A stretch of 63,353 nucleotides of DNA, the filler included, from Hausera hauseri (taxonomy: Eukaryota): the NCBI GenBank assembly GCA_046269625.1. It is 10 parts of 10 records of this genome, joined end to end, with 100 filler letters (N's around TTAATTAATTAA, not from the genome) between each part and the next. Parts side by side here need not be neighbours in the genome. Positions count along the whole stretch, not along the records: positions 58,064 to 63,353 come from JBJURY010289281.1; 9 more parts are not named here. The stretch is one strand, 5' to 3'. Position numbers and translations under genes: made by a program. Below are positions 61,445 through 63,353 of the stretch, one piece after another. The stretch's first letter is position 1. Every line of letters starts with the position of its first letter. The notes beneath the pieces are model-generated. The model was given only the letters and a program-made list of their open reading frames with translations. It had not been told where the DNA came from and made no database searches.

Positions 61445-63353
61445 ATGATCTGTAAATGACTTGGCAGATTCCCCCAGGAATGCATTTCTCTTTCATGAGA
61501 ATCATATGGCAATTATTCAAGATCTGGAGCCGAACATCTGTATATCGCAGCATTGCTGCCCAACTCATTCCTGAAACGTTGAAGAAATAAGCTGCATCCA
61601 ATTTACGGCTCTGCAGTGTCACTTTCCTGAAGTTCTCAAAAACATCTGTTAAAAGCAAGACATCCGTTTTGAGAAATGTTACTATATTCTTTAATTATTT
61701 TCCATTGGAATTTGTGCAAGACCTTTTGTTCATGCTCATAATCAGCATCACTAATGTGTCTTACAGCTAACTATAAAAGTTCTTTTTGTATGGTATTGAT
61801 GTTTCATCTAGTGATCGTCATGATGTTATATAATCATAGGGAAACTCCTTTCCTTTCGACTAAGTCAAATTTAGGAGGAAGGAACTTATTTCTTTCCTTT
61901 AGTTCATCTGATGGAAGATTATTGAAGAGGCTATCAAGTGATGAATTCATGATACAAAACTATCTATGATTCGGAGTCTAATGTTCCCCACATTTTTGGT
62001 AAATGTAACACATTTCTCTTCACTATTTGGGGTCACACCAATTTTCCCCTCTGTTTCCAAGTTATCAGACTATGAGATGGAACAAATGTGACTGTGCCGT
62101 AACGTAAATTGCACGAATTTCACGATGCACCTCTATACTTGCCAGTTACATGGCAATGATCACTCACCTTGTGGTTGACCATTGTAAATGGTTTTTCACA
62201 CATGTAACATGCTGTTGCCTTTCTTCATTTCAATTATTCTTTTGCTGATATCACTACACTTTTACCCCTCGTGTTTTCAATCCTGTGTCAAATCTTCAAA
62301 GCGCTACATACAATAAATTGGCTCCTTGTCCATTCCATTTGCATATATGCAAAATGATGACAACTTATGATGTTGGTATGCTGTAGTATTACTTTATTGC
62401 AAATTTGGGCTAAACTCTGAACTTGACTAAGGATAGCCTTAAAGTTGCAATATAGAACCATTGGAACTTTATGCATTTTCTCATACTGTTTGAATTCAAT
62501 ATAATCTTCTTTGGGGAATTCGGTTATGATACAATGATTGATGTTGTAATACACTTTGTGTGCTTCCAACTTATCCACAGCTGATTCGACTGTGAAATAG
62601 AAAAAGCATCGTTTGCAGATCTCAATTCTTTTGCTATGTTTAGTTATTTTGGATCCTACTAAACGTTCAACGTTTTTGATCCAGATGAAATGTCTCCTTT
62701 CACCATCATCTAGCAGAAGCATATCCATATAGTCCTCTAATTCAGTTTTTCACACATGTAAAGGACAGAATTTACCTGTTTCGTCTACTCCAAAGATATT
62801 GAAGGACATCTTGTTCACTTCTTCAAATCTGTCGATTTCATGTATTGTTGATGGAAACCCAATACAATTGAATTCGTAATTATGTTTGATGTTTTCATAT
62901 AACGAAACAGGGGAAGCATGCATTTGATCTTTTACATATTTTGAGAGAATCGTATACTTGAAGCACGTCATCACTTTTCGCATTGATGCATGCTTTTTTC
63001 TGCTGAATCCATTCTGGAAGCATTATATAAAAGTTCCCTCTTATCGGGAGTAGTTGCGAACATATATTATCAATTGCTTGATGGTTGCAAGAGTCCAACC
63101 ACTCTTGTTATTCTGGCTCGCCTCAGTGTTACGTGTGCGTTTTGCATGTTCCTTATGCAGAAACTCTGAAATATTGCTGAAAGTCCTTCCGTATTAGTTA
63201 ATGTGGCGTCTAATTTTAGATTAACTTTTATAGCTTTGAGCTCCATCAAGTTACCTTCTAGAATACCAACAGAAAGTCATGTGGTGTTATTTGGCCTGCT
63301 CCAACTATGACATACTGCCTCACTTTTGTTTTGAATGCACGATTCTCTGGATT
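61445..63353 (-). pseudogene. pPolB: Polinton pPolB relic 1 (N-terminal and exonuclease half, 3' truncated)
   Basis: LPEWIQQKKACIN, CFKYTILS, HFIWIKNVERL, DHCHVTGKYRGA, LLTDVFENFR, IPGGICQ. Confidence 0.88.

Overview
This window is not one continuous locus. It is ten unrelated eukaryotic contigs joined by nine artificial 100-nt linkers (44 N + TTAATTAATTAA + 44 N): A 1-7504, B 7605-14403, C 14504-22641, D 22742-28808, E 28909-34483, F 34584-40488, G 40589-44881, H 44982-49682, I 49783-57963, J 58064-63353. Most of the content is decayed animal mobile elements. Contigs C, H and I are overlapping, diverged copies of one unusual Ty3/gypsy family. Its inferred order is Gag/CCHC, a long accessory region with SAM-like and ubiquitin-like segments, a chuvirus-like (class III/gB-type) glycoprotein, a linker with conserved P(T/S)AP and LYPx3L motifs, PR-RT-RNaseH-IN, then a second signal-peptide/TM protein. 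So the envelope gene lies between gag and pol, apparently within one polyprotein. Contig A has an intronless UGGT pseudogene and a gypsy element whose Gag is preceded in frame by a ubiquitin-like domain ending in LRGG. Contigs D, F, G and J carry Polinton/Maverick (adintovirus-like) genes: pPolB, MCP, pentons, ATPase, dUTPase and TBP-like genes. Contig G closes on itself with an exact 77-bp terminal repeat (4216-bp unit). Contig B has three spliced exons of a zeta-crystallin/quinone oxidoreductase gene. Contig E has a piggyBac transposase and Tc1-like ends. All protein calls come from reading motifs by eye; no database searches were run.
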